NCBI GenBank assembly: GCA_963717365.1
Contig: OY970327.1
Location: forward strand, 139,599-203,598
Source of the DNA: Candidatus Saccharimonadia bacterium
Lineage (GTDB): Bacteria > Patescibacteriota > Saccharimonadia > Saccharimonadales > 2-12-FULL-41-12
Length of the DNA: 64,000 nt
Direction: 5' to 3'
Both the position numbers and the translations under genes were made by a program. A model generated the notes under the pieces. That model searched no databases. It was not told the DNA's origin and was given only the letters and a program-made list of their open reading frames with translations. Shown here piece by piece: positions 35,984 to 45,951 of this stretch (the first letter of the stretch is position 1; each line of letters opens with the position of its first letter).

Positions 35984-36691
35984 TTACCGCTCCTTACCAA
36001 CCGTGTATGACTGCATGGCCTTGATGATCTCCATGTAGGTGATGAGCGACATGTCGACTTCGTCAGCACTGCGAGGTGCCGGCGGATTGTCATCCGTGTC
36101 GTCATCCATCCACGCGTCGATGAACAGGTACATCAGGAACGGGTTGTTGCCCGGTCCGTAGAACCCGAAGTACTGGGGCCCGTAGGGATCCCGGTACAGG
36201 TACGTCGTTCCGCCGTGGCGGTACGAGCCCTTGCTCATCTTCCGGTAGTCCCGGTTGTAGTTCGCACCGCGAGGCACGTACTTCGGTCGGGTCTTCGGGT
36301 TGTTGTATCGCGCGATCTTTACCGGTGAGGCCTTGGGCACGAGCTTCGTGATTGGGGCCTTCAACGACGTGGGACCGCTGGTTGAGGTAGGAGTCCTGCT
36401 GGCACTCCGCGAGGGCGTGCTGGGACTGTTGCTCTTGCCGGAGCCACTGCTCTTGGTCGCGCTGCTGGGTGGGGTGCTGCTCTTGCCACCGAAACTGGCC
36501 GGCGGGGGAGTGACCTTCGTCGGATTCGAAGCCGGCGGCGGTGGGGGAGTGACTCTCACCGGCGGTGGCGGTGGCGGCGGACTGATCCTGACCGGCGGTG
36601 GCGGTGGCGGGCTGAACGCACCGAAGCTGACACCAGGGAATGCCACCAGTACTGCGATGAGCGACACTGCGAATGCACTACCGTGTCTCAT
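35984..36691 (-). CDS. Secreted proline-rich protein, block H
   Basis: Signal-peptide-like N-terminus, PPPPPPVRISPPPPPPPVRVTPPPPP repeats. gaggtg RBS overlaps the upstream stop. Confidence 0.55.
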   Translation of the reverse strand: MRHGSAFAVSLIAVLVAFPGVSFGAFSPPPPPPVRISPPPPPPPVRVTPPPPPASNPTKVTPPPASFGGKSSTPPSSATKSSGSGKSNSPSTPSRSASRTPTSTSGPTSLKAPITKLVPKASPVKIARYNNPKTRPKYVPRGANYNRDYRKMSKGSYRHGGTTYLYRDPYGPQYFGFYGPGNNPFLMYLFIDAWMDDDTDDNPPAPRSADEVDMSLITYMEIIKAMQSYTVGKER

Positions 36692-36701
36692 GTGTGTCAC
36701 C

Positions 36702-37145
36702 TCAGTACGCGTTGATGTTCCTGATGTGGCCGGCGATGGTCGTCTGGAGAGACTTGGTCGCGCGGGCGTAACCCTCGGGATCATCTCCGGGCGACTTCTG
36801 AACGAGGTCGGCGTAGTTCTTGATCGCCTGGCTCAGCTGCGCGGCCTCCGTCTCGAGCTCGGGCTCCGGCGCCTTGAGGGCGTCGATGTTCCGTGCTGTC
36901 TGGCGGAGGTTGTTGGCCACGGCCTGCATCGTCGAGACGTCTTCGCTGGACGAGGACGAGTCATTGGTGAGGGGGGCGAGCTTGGCGAGCTGAAGGCCGA
37001 ACTTGGCGTTCTGCTGGTTGATCTGCACCTTGAAGGTTCGCACCGGGTCGACGGCCGAGGCCACGTCCCTGACGGTGTCGCCACAGGCCGCGAGGCTTGC
37101 GGTGAGGGTGAAGATCAAAGCGGTGATGATGGTTCGACGGATCAT
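36702..37145 (-). CDS. Lipoprotein, block H
   Basis: Lipobox LTASLAAC, aggaga RBS. Confidence 0.6.
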   Translation of the reverse strand: MIRRTIITALIFTLTASLAACGDTVRDVASAVDPVRTFKVQINQQNAKFGLQLAKLAPLTNDSSSSSEDVSTMQAVANNLRQTARNIDALKAPEPELETEAAQLSQAIKNYADLVQKSPGDDPEGYARATKSLQTTIAGHIRNINAY

Positions 37146-37640
37146 TGGTTGTGTCTCCTGGTTCTATTTGAGCCGTGTATGGATGCACTGACGTCTTGCC
37201 GTATCGTCGTTGAACGATACAAAAAATCGATGGAAAGCGTGTTGCTAGGGGAGTTTACAAAGGCGTTGCCTTGTTACTCTCCTTTCTACTCTTGGGTTGT
37301 TAATGTTCAAGCTTATCAGTTTGAAAACTGACCGCTATACTCCTTTGTCGAGGTAATCGAATTACTGCTTCAGACAAAAAGCTATAAAATATTAACATAA
37401 AATTGATAAAAATGCAAGTATAAGCACTACTTTTTACATATTATTTGTATATCGATGAAGGCCGCCTGATTCTGCTAACCGTATGATACTAGTATGGCGA
37501 TATAACAGATGAAACGATAAATGTAATAGCGTAGACTAGTAGCTATGTAACGATACAAGATAATAAAAAACAAGCCAGATTAGTTCGAGCTTGATATACT
37601 CAGATTGAACCAGGGAATACACGTTAAATATTGCAATATC

Positions 37641-38435
37641 ATGCCAACTGATCCAAGAACCATTCAAGCCTACAATCAGCACGCTGAAGTCTATAATGCG
37701 CATGTACTGGATCCAGCAGATTCAATATTTCATGCTTACTATGAGAAACCTGCCTTACGGGCTGAACTACCCGACTTGCAAGGTCTAGATGTACTAAGTC
37801 TTGGCTGTGGCAGCGGCGTGGACGCACAATGGTTAGCTGATAACGACGCGGCGAACGTAACTGGCATAGATATATCAAGTGGCTTAATTGACATAGCCAA
37901 ACGCGAGCATACCGGTATAAATTTTCAGGTAATGGATATGGAAACGCTTGACTTGGCAAATAATAGCTTTGATGTTGCCTGTTCCAGTTTAGCCATCCAC
38001 TACCTGGACGATATGACCAAATCGCTCAAAGAAACATACCGAGTGCTAAAACCAAGCGGCTTATATGTATTTTCGTGTGGCCACCCGCTTAATACTGCTG
38101 TCGAGTATTATGACAACAACCAATCAAACGGTACCAGGCTAGGCAGAATAGTTATAAAGGAAACTGGTGAGCGGATTATTCACGGCGACTATATGGCTAC
38201 CACAGGCGGTGGAACAAGAATAGTTGAGGGTCATCTGGGTGATTTGGACGTGCAGGTGTACCACCGTACCTTCAGTGTTATGCTGGATCAGATCCAAGCT
38301 TCAGGTTTTACAATCGAAAAAATGGTGGAACCCCAACCAACCGAAGACATGAAACAAGCTAACATTGCGGTGTATGACCAGCTCATTAAAATTCCCAGCT
38401 TTATGATTTGGGTATTGCGCAAACAGCAAATATAA
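37641..38435 (+). CDS. Class I SAM-dependent methyltransferase
   Basis: VLSLGCGSGVDA motif I. Confidence 0.7.
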   Translation: MPTDPRTIQAYNQHAEVYNAHVLDPADSIFHAYYEKPALRAELPDLQGLDVLSLGCGSGVDAQWLADNDAANVTGIDISSGLIDIAKREHTGINFQVMDMETLDLANNSFDVACSSLAIHYLDDMTKSLKETYRVLKPSGLYVFSCGHPLNTAVEYYDNNQSNGTRLGRIVIKETGERIIHGDYMATTGGGTRIVEGHLGDLDVQVYHRTFSVMLDQIQASGFTIEKMVEPQPTEDMKQANIAVYDQLIKIPSFMIWVLRKQQI

Positions 38436-38483
38436 ATACATTAATTTCGCACGTCAACAATTGTAGTTTATAATCATCAGTAT

Positions 38484-39227
38484 ATGATGCCAAAAGAAGC
38501 TCGTTACTCCGCGGAAGTCTATCCAGCCTATAAAAGGGCAACAGAAACCCGTTTGCTAGTGGAAACCGACCCTGTTGCTTCACTGCTTATTAATCTGGCA
38601 ATAGAGACAATTGAAACTAAGTATGGCCCTGAAAGTCCAAACCCAAAACCCTACCATAATACTGAGCACACCATAGGTGTCATAAATGCTGCCAGCCATC
38701 TGGCAGACGCGGCATTACGTAAAAACATGATCCGTCCCCACGACAAAAATTTGCTACTTATCGCTGCTGCTTACCATGACACTGAGCAGGACAAAGGTAG
38801 TGGAGATAATGAACATGCCAGTGCTAAACTGGCCCTAGGGAGTATGAAGGAATTTGGAGATTTCTTGGCAGAAGACTGCCATCTTGTAAGAACGGCAATC
38901 ATGGGTACACAAGTTTATAGCGACGGCGCAGGCGTGATGCATCAGATGGCGAAATCTGGCAACTATCTTTCGCAGTTGTTAGCAGACGCAGATCTTGCCG
39001 CAATAGGACAGCCAACAGAAATATATCAAGCCACCGCTATCAACCTTTTTCGCGAATTGCATCCCGACGAGCTACTCGGTGGCGAAAGTTATAACCAATT
39101 TTTAGTTGGTCAATCTAACTTTCTAGCTAATCATAACTTTTTTACATCGATTGCCGACGAGCTGTTTCCTAATAAGTATGCCAATCAAACCACAGCTTTC
39201 CCAAACGTCTCAAACTTTGTAAACTAA
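38484..39227 (+). CDS. HD-domain phosphohydrolase
   Basis: YHNTEHT ... AAAYHDTEQ. Confidence 0.65.
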   Translation: MMPKEARYSAEVYPAYKRATETRLLVETDPVASLLINLAIETIETKYGPESPNPKPYHNTEHTIGVINAASHLADAALRKNMIRPHDKNLLLIAAAYHDTEQDKGSGDNEHASAKLALGSMKEFGDFLAEDCHLVRTAIMGTQVYSDGAGVMHQMAKSGNYLSQLLADADLAAIGQPTEIYQATAINLFRELHPDELLGGESYNQFLVGQSNFLANHNFFTSIADELFPNKYANQTTAFPNVSNFVN

Positions 39228-39250
39228 GCGTAGTAACTATAAGGAATACC

Positions 39251-39631
39251 ATGTCTGATTATACGATTATTAATTTGCGGGAACTCGAAAATATGGCGCT
39301 TCGCTATGGTCATGGTACAGATATGGAAGCTCGCTTCGCCACTAAGCCGTTACAGTTGAAAGAATCCGGACTTGGCTTTCAGAAGATTCATCCCGGCCGC
39401 ACTATCCCGTTCAAGCATAAACATGCCCATCAAGAAGAAGTATTTATTGTAGTAGCAGGCAGCGGCAAAATTCACCTGGACGATGAACCAGTTGAGCTGA
39501 AAGCCTGGGATGCTGTGCGCGTTCCGCCAGAAGTTGTCCGCACAATTGAAGCAGGGCCGGATGGACTTGAAATGATTATAGTCGGTGCGCCTTATGATGG
39601 TACCAACGACGCCATTATGATAAAGCAATAA
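39251..39631 (+). CDS. Cupin-domain protein
   Basis: HKHAHQEEVFIVVAGSG...WDAVRVPP. Confidence 0.65.
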   Translation: MSDYTIINLRELENMALRYGHGTDMEARFATKPLQLKESGLGFQKIHPGRTIPFKHKHAHQEEVFIVVAGSGKIHLDDEPVELKAWDAVRVPPEVVRTIEAGPDGLEMIIVGAPYDGTNDAIMIKQ

Positions 39632-39636
39632 ACTTT

Positions 39637-40470
39637 TTACGAGGTTTTTAGAGGAAGACGCTCAACAATAGTAACGGGTGTGTTCAGTTTAAAGGGCACG
39701 ATATAGCGCACCATGGTGCGGCCTTCGGTGCGGATGCAGCCATGGCTATCGCGGCCATTCGGATCAACCAGACCGGTATGAATAGCAATACCTGATTTAT
39801 GATTAATAAAATGTGCGTATGGCATGGCACCCAGAGGAGCTTGATAATTTTTTGGCTCTTCCCTTACGATCCTAAAGTTGCCGGTAGGAGTATCGCCGAC
39901 TTCACCGTCATCGCCATAAGGCAGTTCGGTACCGGTTGAGACCTTGAAGACATGAGTCGTTTTACCTTTATGCAAGGTGTACATTACCTGGTCTTCTTTA
40001 TCAACCAGTATCTTTTTCTTTTTCGTCCCGCTAGTATCTGGTGAAGGAACGTCAAGGCCAACCCCAAGTAAGACGCTTTTAGCAGTTCTAGGACCAACCA
40101 CGCCGTCAACACCACCGGGGACATTAGTAACCGCCTGATAAGCAGCCACACGAAGGGTCGTATCAGCATCATCAAATACAGAGTAATCAGTCAGTACGTT
40201 CATTACCAAGCCGCGACAGGTTGAGGTAAGGTTTTTACTGGTAATTTTATCGGGTTTTGGGCAAATCCCTTTTTTATCAATTACTGGAGTAGTTTCAGCA
40301 GTAACTGGGGCAACAGCAGAATTAGGTACGGCAGGTGCTGTAACGGGGGCAGGAGCATTATCAAAGGTTGCGCCGCCAGTTTGGGCTTCTGCAGTGCTGC
40401 TCATTACCAATGTCGCAACGAGGGCGCCAGCAGTAGCTATATGCCGATAGCGAGGTGTTCTTTCATACAT
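39637..40470 (-). CDS. L,D-transpeptidase (YkuD domain)
   Basis: IAIHTG...SHGCIRT catalytic motif, signal peptide. Confidence 0.75.
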   Translation of the reverse strand: MYERTPRYRHIATAGALVATLVMSSTAEAQTGGATFDNAPAPVTAPAVPNSAVAPVTAETTPVIDKKGICPKPDKITSKNLTSTCRGLVMNVLTDYSVFDDADTTLRVAAYQAVTNVPGGVDGVVGPRTAKSVLLGVGLDVPSPDTSGTKKKKILVDKEDQVMYTLHKGKTTHVFKVSTGTELPYGDDGEVGDTPTGNFRIVREEPKNYQAPLGAMPYAHFINHKSGIAIHTGLVDPNGRDSHGCIRTEGRTMVRYIVPFKLNTPVTIVERLPLKTS

Positions 40471-40548
40471 AACTATACACTATAGCATAAAATGTAAAAA
40501 AATGCAATAGCTACCGAATTCAAACAGGAAAATACTATATTCACATTA

Positions 40549-42240
40549 TCATTTAGTTGGCGCTTGTTTAACGCGGCCAAACTTCATGATGCTGGTAGAC
40601 GGATGGGTTTTGTAGTTAAAGTGTTTCATACCAACAGTGTCGCCGTTATAGTTCTGGCTATTGTCATCGCTAGTATTGCCCTCAATGGTTGTGATTATGT
40701 CACCGTCAACTTTAACTACTACACCGGTGTGGTTACCGCCGTACATAATGACGTCGCCAGCCTTAGGGCTGAATTCCTCTGACTGGGCGGTAAAATGTAT
40801 GCCGTTTTGGTCGAACCAAGCTGAAAGATTGTCAGTATGCGAGATGGTGCCATCTGGTCGAGCTAAATTACTACCTTCAAATGATAAACCGGCTTGATCA
40901 TATACATAGCTCACAAACCAGGCGCACCACGGAGCTCCCGGACCACTCTCGCCGTTAGTATATTTCTGCACCTGCGGTCCAGTATTTTCGCCGCCTGTTT
41001 CAAGGAACTTGCCGCCATTTTTGGCGTATTCTTTTTTAGCTGCTTCTACGATGTTGTCAGCAAAATTTTCACGAGCTTTAATCCTTGCTTCCTTGGCTTC
41101 CTTTTCAGCTTGTTTTTTCTCTTCAGCTTGAATACGCTTGGCTTCTGCTTCAGCCTTTTTCTTGATTTCAACAAAGGTACTCATTGCATTAACTAGCGGC
41201 TCCTCGGCAGTTGGGAGAATAGGCGATGTATCAGCTACAACCGGTAGCTGGTTATCAATATAATCCTCAATTTTAAATTCGCCATCGGCATCCCTGGTAA
41301 TAACGGTAGATAAGCCCTGGCTATGTCTTTGGCGTGCTATTTCCTGAATCTCATTGAGACTTAATTTTTTCTCAGGAGCTGCAACCGCTTCAGCCGGAAT
41401 TATCTCAGTATCAGCGACCGGTGTGGCTACTAATTCTGGCTGCTTTACAGTTTTAGTTTCAGTTTGGGGTTGTGTTGCTGGTGTCTGAAGATCGGAAATC
41501 AACTCTTTAAAAGTAAATTTATTGACCCTGTTTGCTCCTGTGGTGGGTGCTTCTGTTATTTTTTTAGTAGCGGAGGTCTGTTTCTGCTTACTCTCGGCTT
41601 TGGGACGAGTCGCATGCTTGGTTGATGAGGGCTTTTGTAAGGTAACTTTCTGGCCAGGTTTAATTTGATTCGGTTTATCACGGAACTGCGGGTTTAGTTT
41701 GAGTACTTTAGCCAGTGTTGTTTTATTGGTCTCGGCAATACCAATTAATGAGTCGCCATTCTTGACGATATATCGCTTTGGAGTTTGAGTTTTATCACTA
41801 TTTTTACTCCCAGCAGTATTTCTAACTGATAATACTATGCCTTTTTCAATGACATTAGGTGTAACTCGTTGCTTAGGATTCTTCTTAAGAAGCTGATTTA
41901 GGCTCATATCATGGCTCTCAGCAATCTGAGTTAGATTGTCACCACTGCGCACCTTATATGTGTCAGTGTCGGCTGAAGCGGTTGCAGTGAAAGCAAGGCT
42001 TCCAACTAATGCGGCTACTCCAATTACGCGACGACTTTTGTCTTTAATAATCTCTGCTGCGCTGCTAGCATAGGCAATTGCTGCTGCGACACGAGAAAAG
42101 CGGGCAGCTTCCTTCTCCGCTCGTTCTACATATTCTGTTGAAGCCACATTGCTAGATTGATGATTTGCGGCTAATTCATCATGCGCTGGTAATTGTCCAA
42201 TGGGGGGCATATTAGATGGGGATAAGCGATTCATTTTCAT
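40549..42240 (-). CDS. Peptidoglycan hydrolase with 2 LysM domains and a C-terminal CHAP domain
   Basis: YKVRSGDNLTQIA..., YIVKNGDSLIGIA..., CHAP Cys context PWCAWFVSYVY and HTGVVV. Confidence 0.75.
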   Translation of the reverse strand: MKMNRLSPSNMPPIGQLPAHDELAANHQSSNVASTEYVERAEKEAARFSRVAAAIAYASSAAEIIKDKSRRVIGVAALVGSLAFTATASADTDTYKVRSGDNLTQIAESHDMSLNQLLKKNPKQRVTPNVIEKGIVLSVRNTAGSKNSDKTQTPKRYIVKNGDSLIGIAETNKTTLAKVLKLNPQFRDKPNQIKPGQKVTLQKPSSTKHATRPKAESKQKQTSATKKITEAPTTGANRVNKFTFKELISDLQTPATQPQTETKTVKQPELVATPVADTEIIPAEAVAAPEKKLSLNEIQEIARQRHSQGLSTVITRDADGEFKIEDYIDNQLPVVADTSPILPTAEEPLVNAMSTFVEIKKKAEAEAKRIQAEEKKQAEKEAKEARIKARENFADNIVEAAKKEYAKNGGKFLETGGENTGPQVQKYTNGESGPGAPWCAWFVSYVYDQAGLSFEGSNLARPDGTISHTDNLSAWFDQNGIHFTAQSEEFSPKAGDVIMYGGNHTGVVVKVDGDIITTIEGNTSDDNSQNYNGDTVGMKHFNYKTHPSTSIMKFGRVKQAPTK

Positions 42241-42454
42241 AAGATATTTCCAACTAGTTATGCAAAAGCAGTATTTGCATTCTAGATGGAATTATAGCAT
42301 AATAAAGTATATTAGTCAATATAATAATGTATTTATAAAATATATTATATAAAATAATAACTAACTGGGGTAATAAGACGAACTGAATTTAAGTTACGTA
42401 TATTTAGAGAAATAGAACTAATCTGTTAAAATACGCAAGATACGGTGCCATTAA

Positions 42455-42541
42455 GCCGCGGTGGCGGAATTGGTAGACGCGCTAGTTTCAGGTACTAGTT
42501 GGGGCAACTCAGTGGAGGTTCAAGTCCTCTCCGCGGCACCA
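42455..42541 (+). tRNA. tRNA-Leu(CAG)
   Basis: Acceptor gccgcgg/ccgcggc, anticodon loop ttCAGgt, long variable arm, CCA. Confidence 0.9.
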
Positions 42542-42590
42542 TTGTTAGAATAATTATGAAATACATTAACTTATTAGGTAAAAACTTCTC

Positions 42591-43529
42591 ATGAATGAAC
42601 TAACTCCTTCTTGCGCAATTCTTTTTCCGGGCCAAGGGTCGCAGTATGCGGGTATGGCGGATAGCTGGGCTGAACACCCGGTGGGAAGAGCTGTTTTTGA
42701 AGAAGCTTCAGACATTATCGGTTACGATATTGAATTGGGTTGCCACGAAGAAACGCGGCTGGCAACCACGGATTTTGCACAACCGGCTATACTGGCATGT
42801 GAAGTAGCGGCTTTTCGAATTTTAGACGGCTTGGATATACCGTGCAAAGCTGTGGCCGGCCATTCGTTGGGCCAATTTAGTGCTCTGGTAGCAGCAGGCG
42901 TAATAACGTTGTCAGAGGCGTTAAACGTGGTCGGCATACGAGGTCTGGCTATGCAGCAGGCAGGCAAAGAACAGCCTGGAACCATGGCTGCGCTGCTGAG
43001 AGTAAATACAGAAGAGGCCAGAGAACTATGTAACGCGGCAGCCGATGATGACGTATTAATTGTTGCTAACGAAAATTCACCGACGCAAGTAGTAATTAGC
43101 GGATCCATTCCCGCAATTGAACGGGCTGAAGCTCTAGCACATAATAGAAACATTCGTGCCATTAGGCTGAATGTAGCGGGAGCCTTTCATTCGGTACTGA
43201 TGCAACCTGCAGTTCAGCCAATTATCGAAGCATTAAACAAGATAGAACTAAAAGAGCCGCGTTTTCCTATTGCCGAGAACGTAGCAGGCGTTTTAGTTAA
43301 TAATACTGTGAACATACGCTCGTTATTAGAGCGGCATGTTGTTTCGCCAGTTAAGTGGGAAGCATCCGTGAGGGCACTCGGTGCAATTGGGATTACTACA
43401 TTTATCGAAGCCGGACCAGGCAAAGCGTTAACTGGGCTTACTAAGCGCATACTTACCGATGTTCGACTATTAAATGTCGATTCGCCGCAAGCGGCTGTAT
43501 CGGTTGCTGCCGCTATCCGTGAGGGCTGA
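42591..43529 (+). CDS. fabD: Malonyl-CoA:ACP transacylase
   Basis: FPGQGSQ and GHSLGQFSA. Confidence 0.85.
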   Translation: MNELTPSCAILFPGQGSQYAGMADSWAEHPVGRAVFEEASDIIGYDIELGCHEETRLATTDFAQPAILACEVAAFRILDGLDIPCKAVAGHSLGQFSALVAAGVITLSEALNVVGIRGLAMQQAGKEQPGTMAALLRVNTEEARELCNAAADDDVLIVANENSPTQVVISGSIPAIERAEALAHNRNIRAIRLNVAGAFHSVLMQPAVQPIIEALNKIELKEPRFPIAENVAGVLVNNTVNIRSLLERHVVSPVKWEASVRALGAIGITTFIEAGPGKALTGLTKRILTDVRLLNVDSPQAAVSVAAAIREG

Positions 43530-43579
43530 GCCGGTATTGATCTGAGTTGATATAGTTCGTAATGGTAGGTGATCAAATA

Positions 43580-43653
43580 TGGAGGCGCGGACGAGATTCG
43601 CACTCGTGTACAAAGTTTTGCAGACTTTTGCCTAACTCCTCGGCCACCGCGCC
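43580..43653 (-). tRNA. tRNA-Cys(GCA)
   Basis: Minus strand ggcgcgg...ctGCAaa...acgag-tgcgaat-ctcgt-ccgcgcc-tcca. Confidence 0.9.
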
Positions 43654-43810
43654 GTTTCGATACCATTTAAACTGTTCAGCTGTTCTTATTTTGTGACAGT
43701 TGGCACATACTATTCTACACTTTTTTATCCCTTCTCGTAACCGATTAAAATATGTACACTTTCGTGCTAGATTTAATGATTCGTTAATCTTTAAGTTTTA
43801 TAATTTAAAT

Positions 43811-44296
43811 ATGGCAAAACTGAGATCATGGACCAACGAAGAACTGATAGATGCAGTCAAATATTCGCATAGCGTGCGAGCTGTAATCCAGAAGCTTAGG
43901 TTAGTCCCCGCAGGAGGGAATTACCGACATATTAACGAGACAATCAAGCGTCTGGGAGTAAGTACTGAGCATTTTTCAGGAAAAGGCTGGAATAGTGGGT
44001 GGTCGTTTGATCCGCGTGTTCCACGTAAGGAACTAGTTGAAATTTTAGTAAAAGATAGACTAACCCAAAGCCATAAACTTAGATTACGGCTTATTGCGGA
44101 AGGTTTAAAAAAGCCAGAATGCGAGTTTTGCTGCTGGCAAAAACTTTCGGCTGATGGTCGTTTACCGCTCGAGCTTGATCACATTAATGGTGATCATCGC
44201 GATAATCGTATCGAGAATTTACGTATATTATGTCCAAACTGTCATAGTTTGCAGCCAACTCACCGTGGTAAAAATAAGCGAATACGGTTAAAATAG
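43811..44296 (+). CDS. Free-standing HNH endonuclease
   Basis: LELDHINGDHRDNRIENLRILCPNCH. Confidence 0.75.
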   Translation: MAKLRSWTNEELIDAVKYSHSVRAVIQKLRLVPAGGNYRHINETIKRLGVSTEHFSGKGWNSGWSFDPRVPRKELVEILVKDRLTQSHKLRLRLIAEGLKKPECEFCCWQKLSADGRLPLELDHINGDHRDNRIENLRILCPNCHSLQPTHRGKNKRIRLK

Positions 44297-44303
44297 ATTA
44301 AAT

Positions 44304-44389
44304 GCGCGAGTGTTGGAACTGGTAGACAATCGACACTTAAAATGTCGTGCCCACAAGGCGTGCGGGTTCGAGTCCCGCCTCGCGCACCA
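44304..44389 (+). tRNA. tRNA-Leu(UAA)
   Basis: Acceptor gcgcgag/ctcgcgc, anticodon loop ctTAAaa, long variable arm, CCA. Confidence 0.9.
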
Positions 44390-44398
44390 TTTATGAAC

Positions 44399-45220
44399 TT
44401 AGACTACCTGATTTAGCTCTGGCAAGGGATAGTCGTGCTTTTTGCTTAATTCTTCTCGATAGAACTGCAGATACTTAAGCATATCATCGGCGGCTTTCTC
44501 GACTACATCGTTTTTACCCAGCACTTCGCCTATTTGAGATTCACTAATAAATTTATATAACACTGCGCCATCAGCCTTACACAATGCTAAATCGTAAATG
44601 TAAAATTCTGGCTGTGCACCGGGATTACCGGGAGGGGGTTGAACTAGTTCTGTAGCTTCAATAATGTACTTTTGTTCTCGATGAGCTGTTAATAGAGCAT
44701 CTAGCAACACAAAAATATTATGGCTCGCATATGTATTTACAGTAGCCCTAAATTCAGAAATGTCTTTATAGTCATTCAAGAAGGTGTTAATTTTTTCAAA
44801 TTCTACGATACAGCCAACAGAGTAGTTGTAGTCAAGTTTATCTGTGAATCGCTTTCCAAGTATTGTGCTTGGTAATACGTCTTTCCACGATGAAACATAT
44901 CGATTAACGGTGACTATTCGTGATGACATTTCTTGCGCAACTGCTTCATTTTGGAAGAGACCACTATATGAAGTGTCTCGTAGATACCAAGACGTATCAA
45001 AAGTGCCCAGATATTGCCCAGTAATAAAACCGACATTACTATTAAAATCTTCATTTTTAGCTAAAATTTTCTTGGCATCACTTACTAATCTCTGAAGAAA
45101 TTCATCTCTGTCGTTAAATTCTTGTGGCCGAGCCGAAATATCCCTCACAGAAAGAATTTTATTAGCTAAAGTATCAATATCGTGCTTGCTTGCGAGACCA
45201 AGCGTAATGTCATATCCCAT
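44399..45220 (-). CDS. Hypothetical protein
   Basis: 273-aa ORF. Confidence 0.5.
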   Translation of the reverse strand: MGYDITLGLASKHDIDTLANKILSVRDISARPQEFNDRDEFLQRLVSDAKKILAKNEDFNSNVGFITGQYLGTFDTSWYLRDTSYSGLFQNEAVAQEMSSRIVTVNRYVSSWKDVLPSTILGKRFTDKLDYNYSVGCIVEFEKINTFLNDYKDISEFRATVNTYASHNIFVLLDALLTAHREQKYIIEATELVQPPPGNPGAQPEFYIYDLALCKADGAVLYKFISESQIGEVLGKNDVVEKAADDMLKYLQFYREELSKKHDYPLPELNQVV

Positions 45221-45358
45221 ATATCTACAGAGTATATCGTAAAGCGCTTAATTTGTATTATCAGCTGGTTTTGATGCCGCATTTTACTTTGGCCATAATC
45301 GTATTCAAACCTGGTTATTACTGCTATAATATAGGGAATAACTAACGAGGAAAGACAT

Positions 45359-45925
45359 ATGACAGGTTTATTTATACTACTGGGAATTGTGGCGCTTATC
45401 GTCATTTTTGGAATTGTAATCTACAACAGCTTAGTACAAAGTAAAGTACGAGTTGAAGAAGCCTGGAGCGATATTACGGTTCAGCTTAAGCGCCGGTATG
45501 ATTTGATCCCTAATCTTATCAACACCGTAAAAGGCTATGCGGTGCATGAAAAAGATACATTGCAAAATGTGACTGAAGCTCGCACGAATGCCATGAACAC
45601 TCAGGGCAACCCCAAAGAGCAAGCTCAGGCTGAAAATGTTTTCCAAGACACGCTTAAAAGCTTGTTTGCTGTCAGTGAAAATTACCCAGACCTAAAAGCC
45701 GATGCAAACTTTAAGGCATTACAAGACGAACTGGTTGATACTGAAGACAAGATTCAAGCTGCTCGACGCTTCTATAACGGTTCTGCTCGTGATCTAAATA
45801 TTAAGATCAAGACATTTCCTAACATCCTTTTTGCTGGCCCGCTCGGCTTTAAAACTCGTGAATTCTTTGAAGTTGATGACTCAGAAACAGCTGCTATTGC
45901 CAAGCCAACTGAAGTAAAATTCTAG
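45359..45925 (+). CDS. lemA: LemA family protein
   Basis: N-terminal TM segment plus YNSLV...EAWSDI...QLKRRYDLIPNL pattern. Confidence 0.8.
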   Translation: MTGLFILLGIVALIVIFGIVIYNSLVQSKVRVEEAWSDITVQLKRRYDLIPNLINTVKGYAVHEKDTLQNVTEARTNAMNTQGNPKEQAQAENVFQDTLKSLFAVSENYPDLKADANFKALQDELVDTEDKIQAARRFYNGSARDLNIKIKTFPNILFAGPLGFKTREFFEVDDSETAAIAKPTEVKF

Positions 45926-45951
45926 TAACGAACAGGGAAGGCAAGTAGTAC

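Larger units (their letters stand above)
15738..37335. other. Compositional mosaic: about nine GC-rich gene blocks alternating with AT-rich DNA and low-GC genes
   Basis: Abrupt switches in G+C and third-codon-position usage, and long antisense shadow ORFs only inside the blocks. See findings. Confidence 0.8.

Noticed and set aside
36300-37331. 343-aa plus-strand ORF with poly-Gly runs
   Set aside because: It is the antisense of the poly-Pro protein and lipoprotein genes, which have a signal peptide, a lipobox and RBSs.
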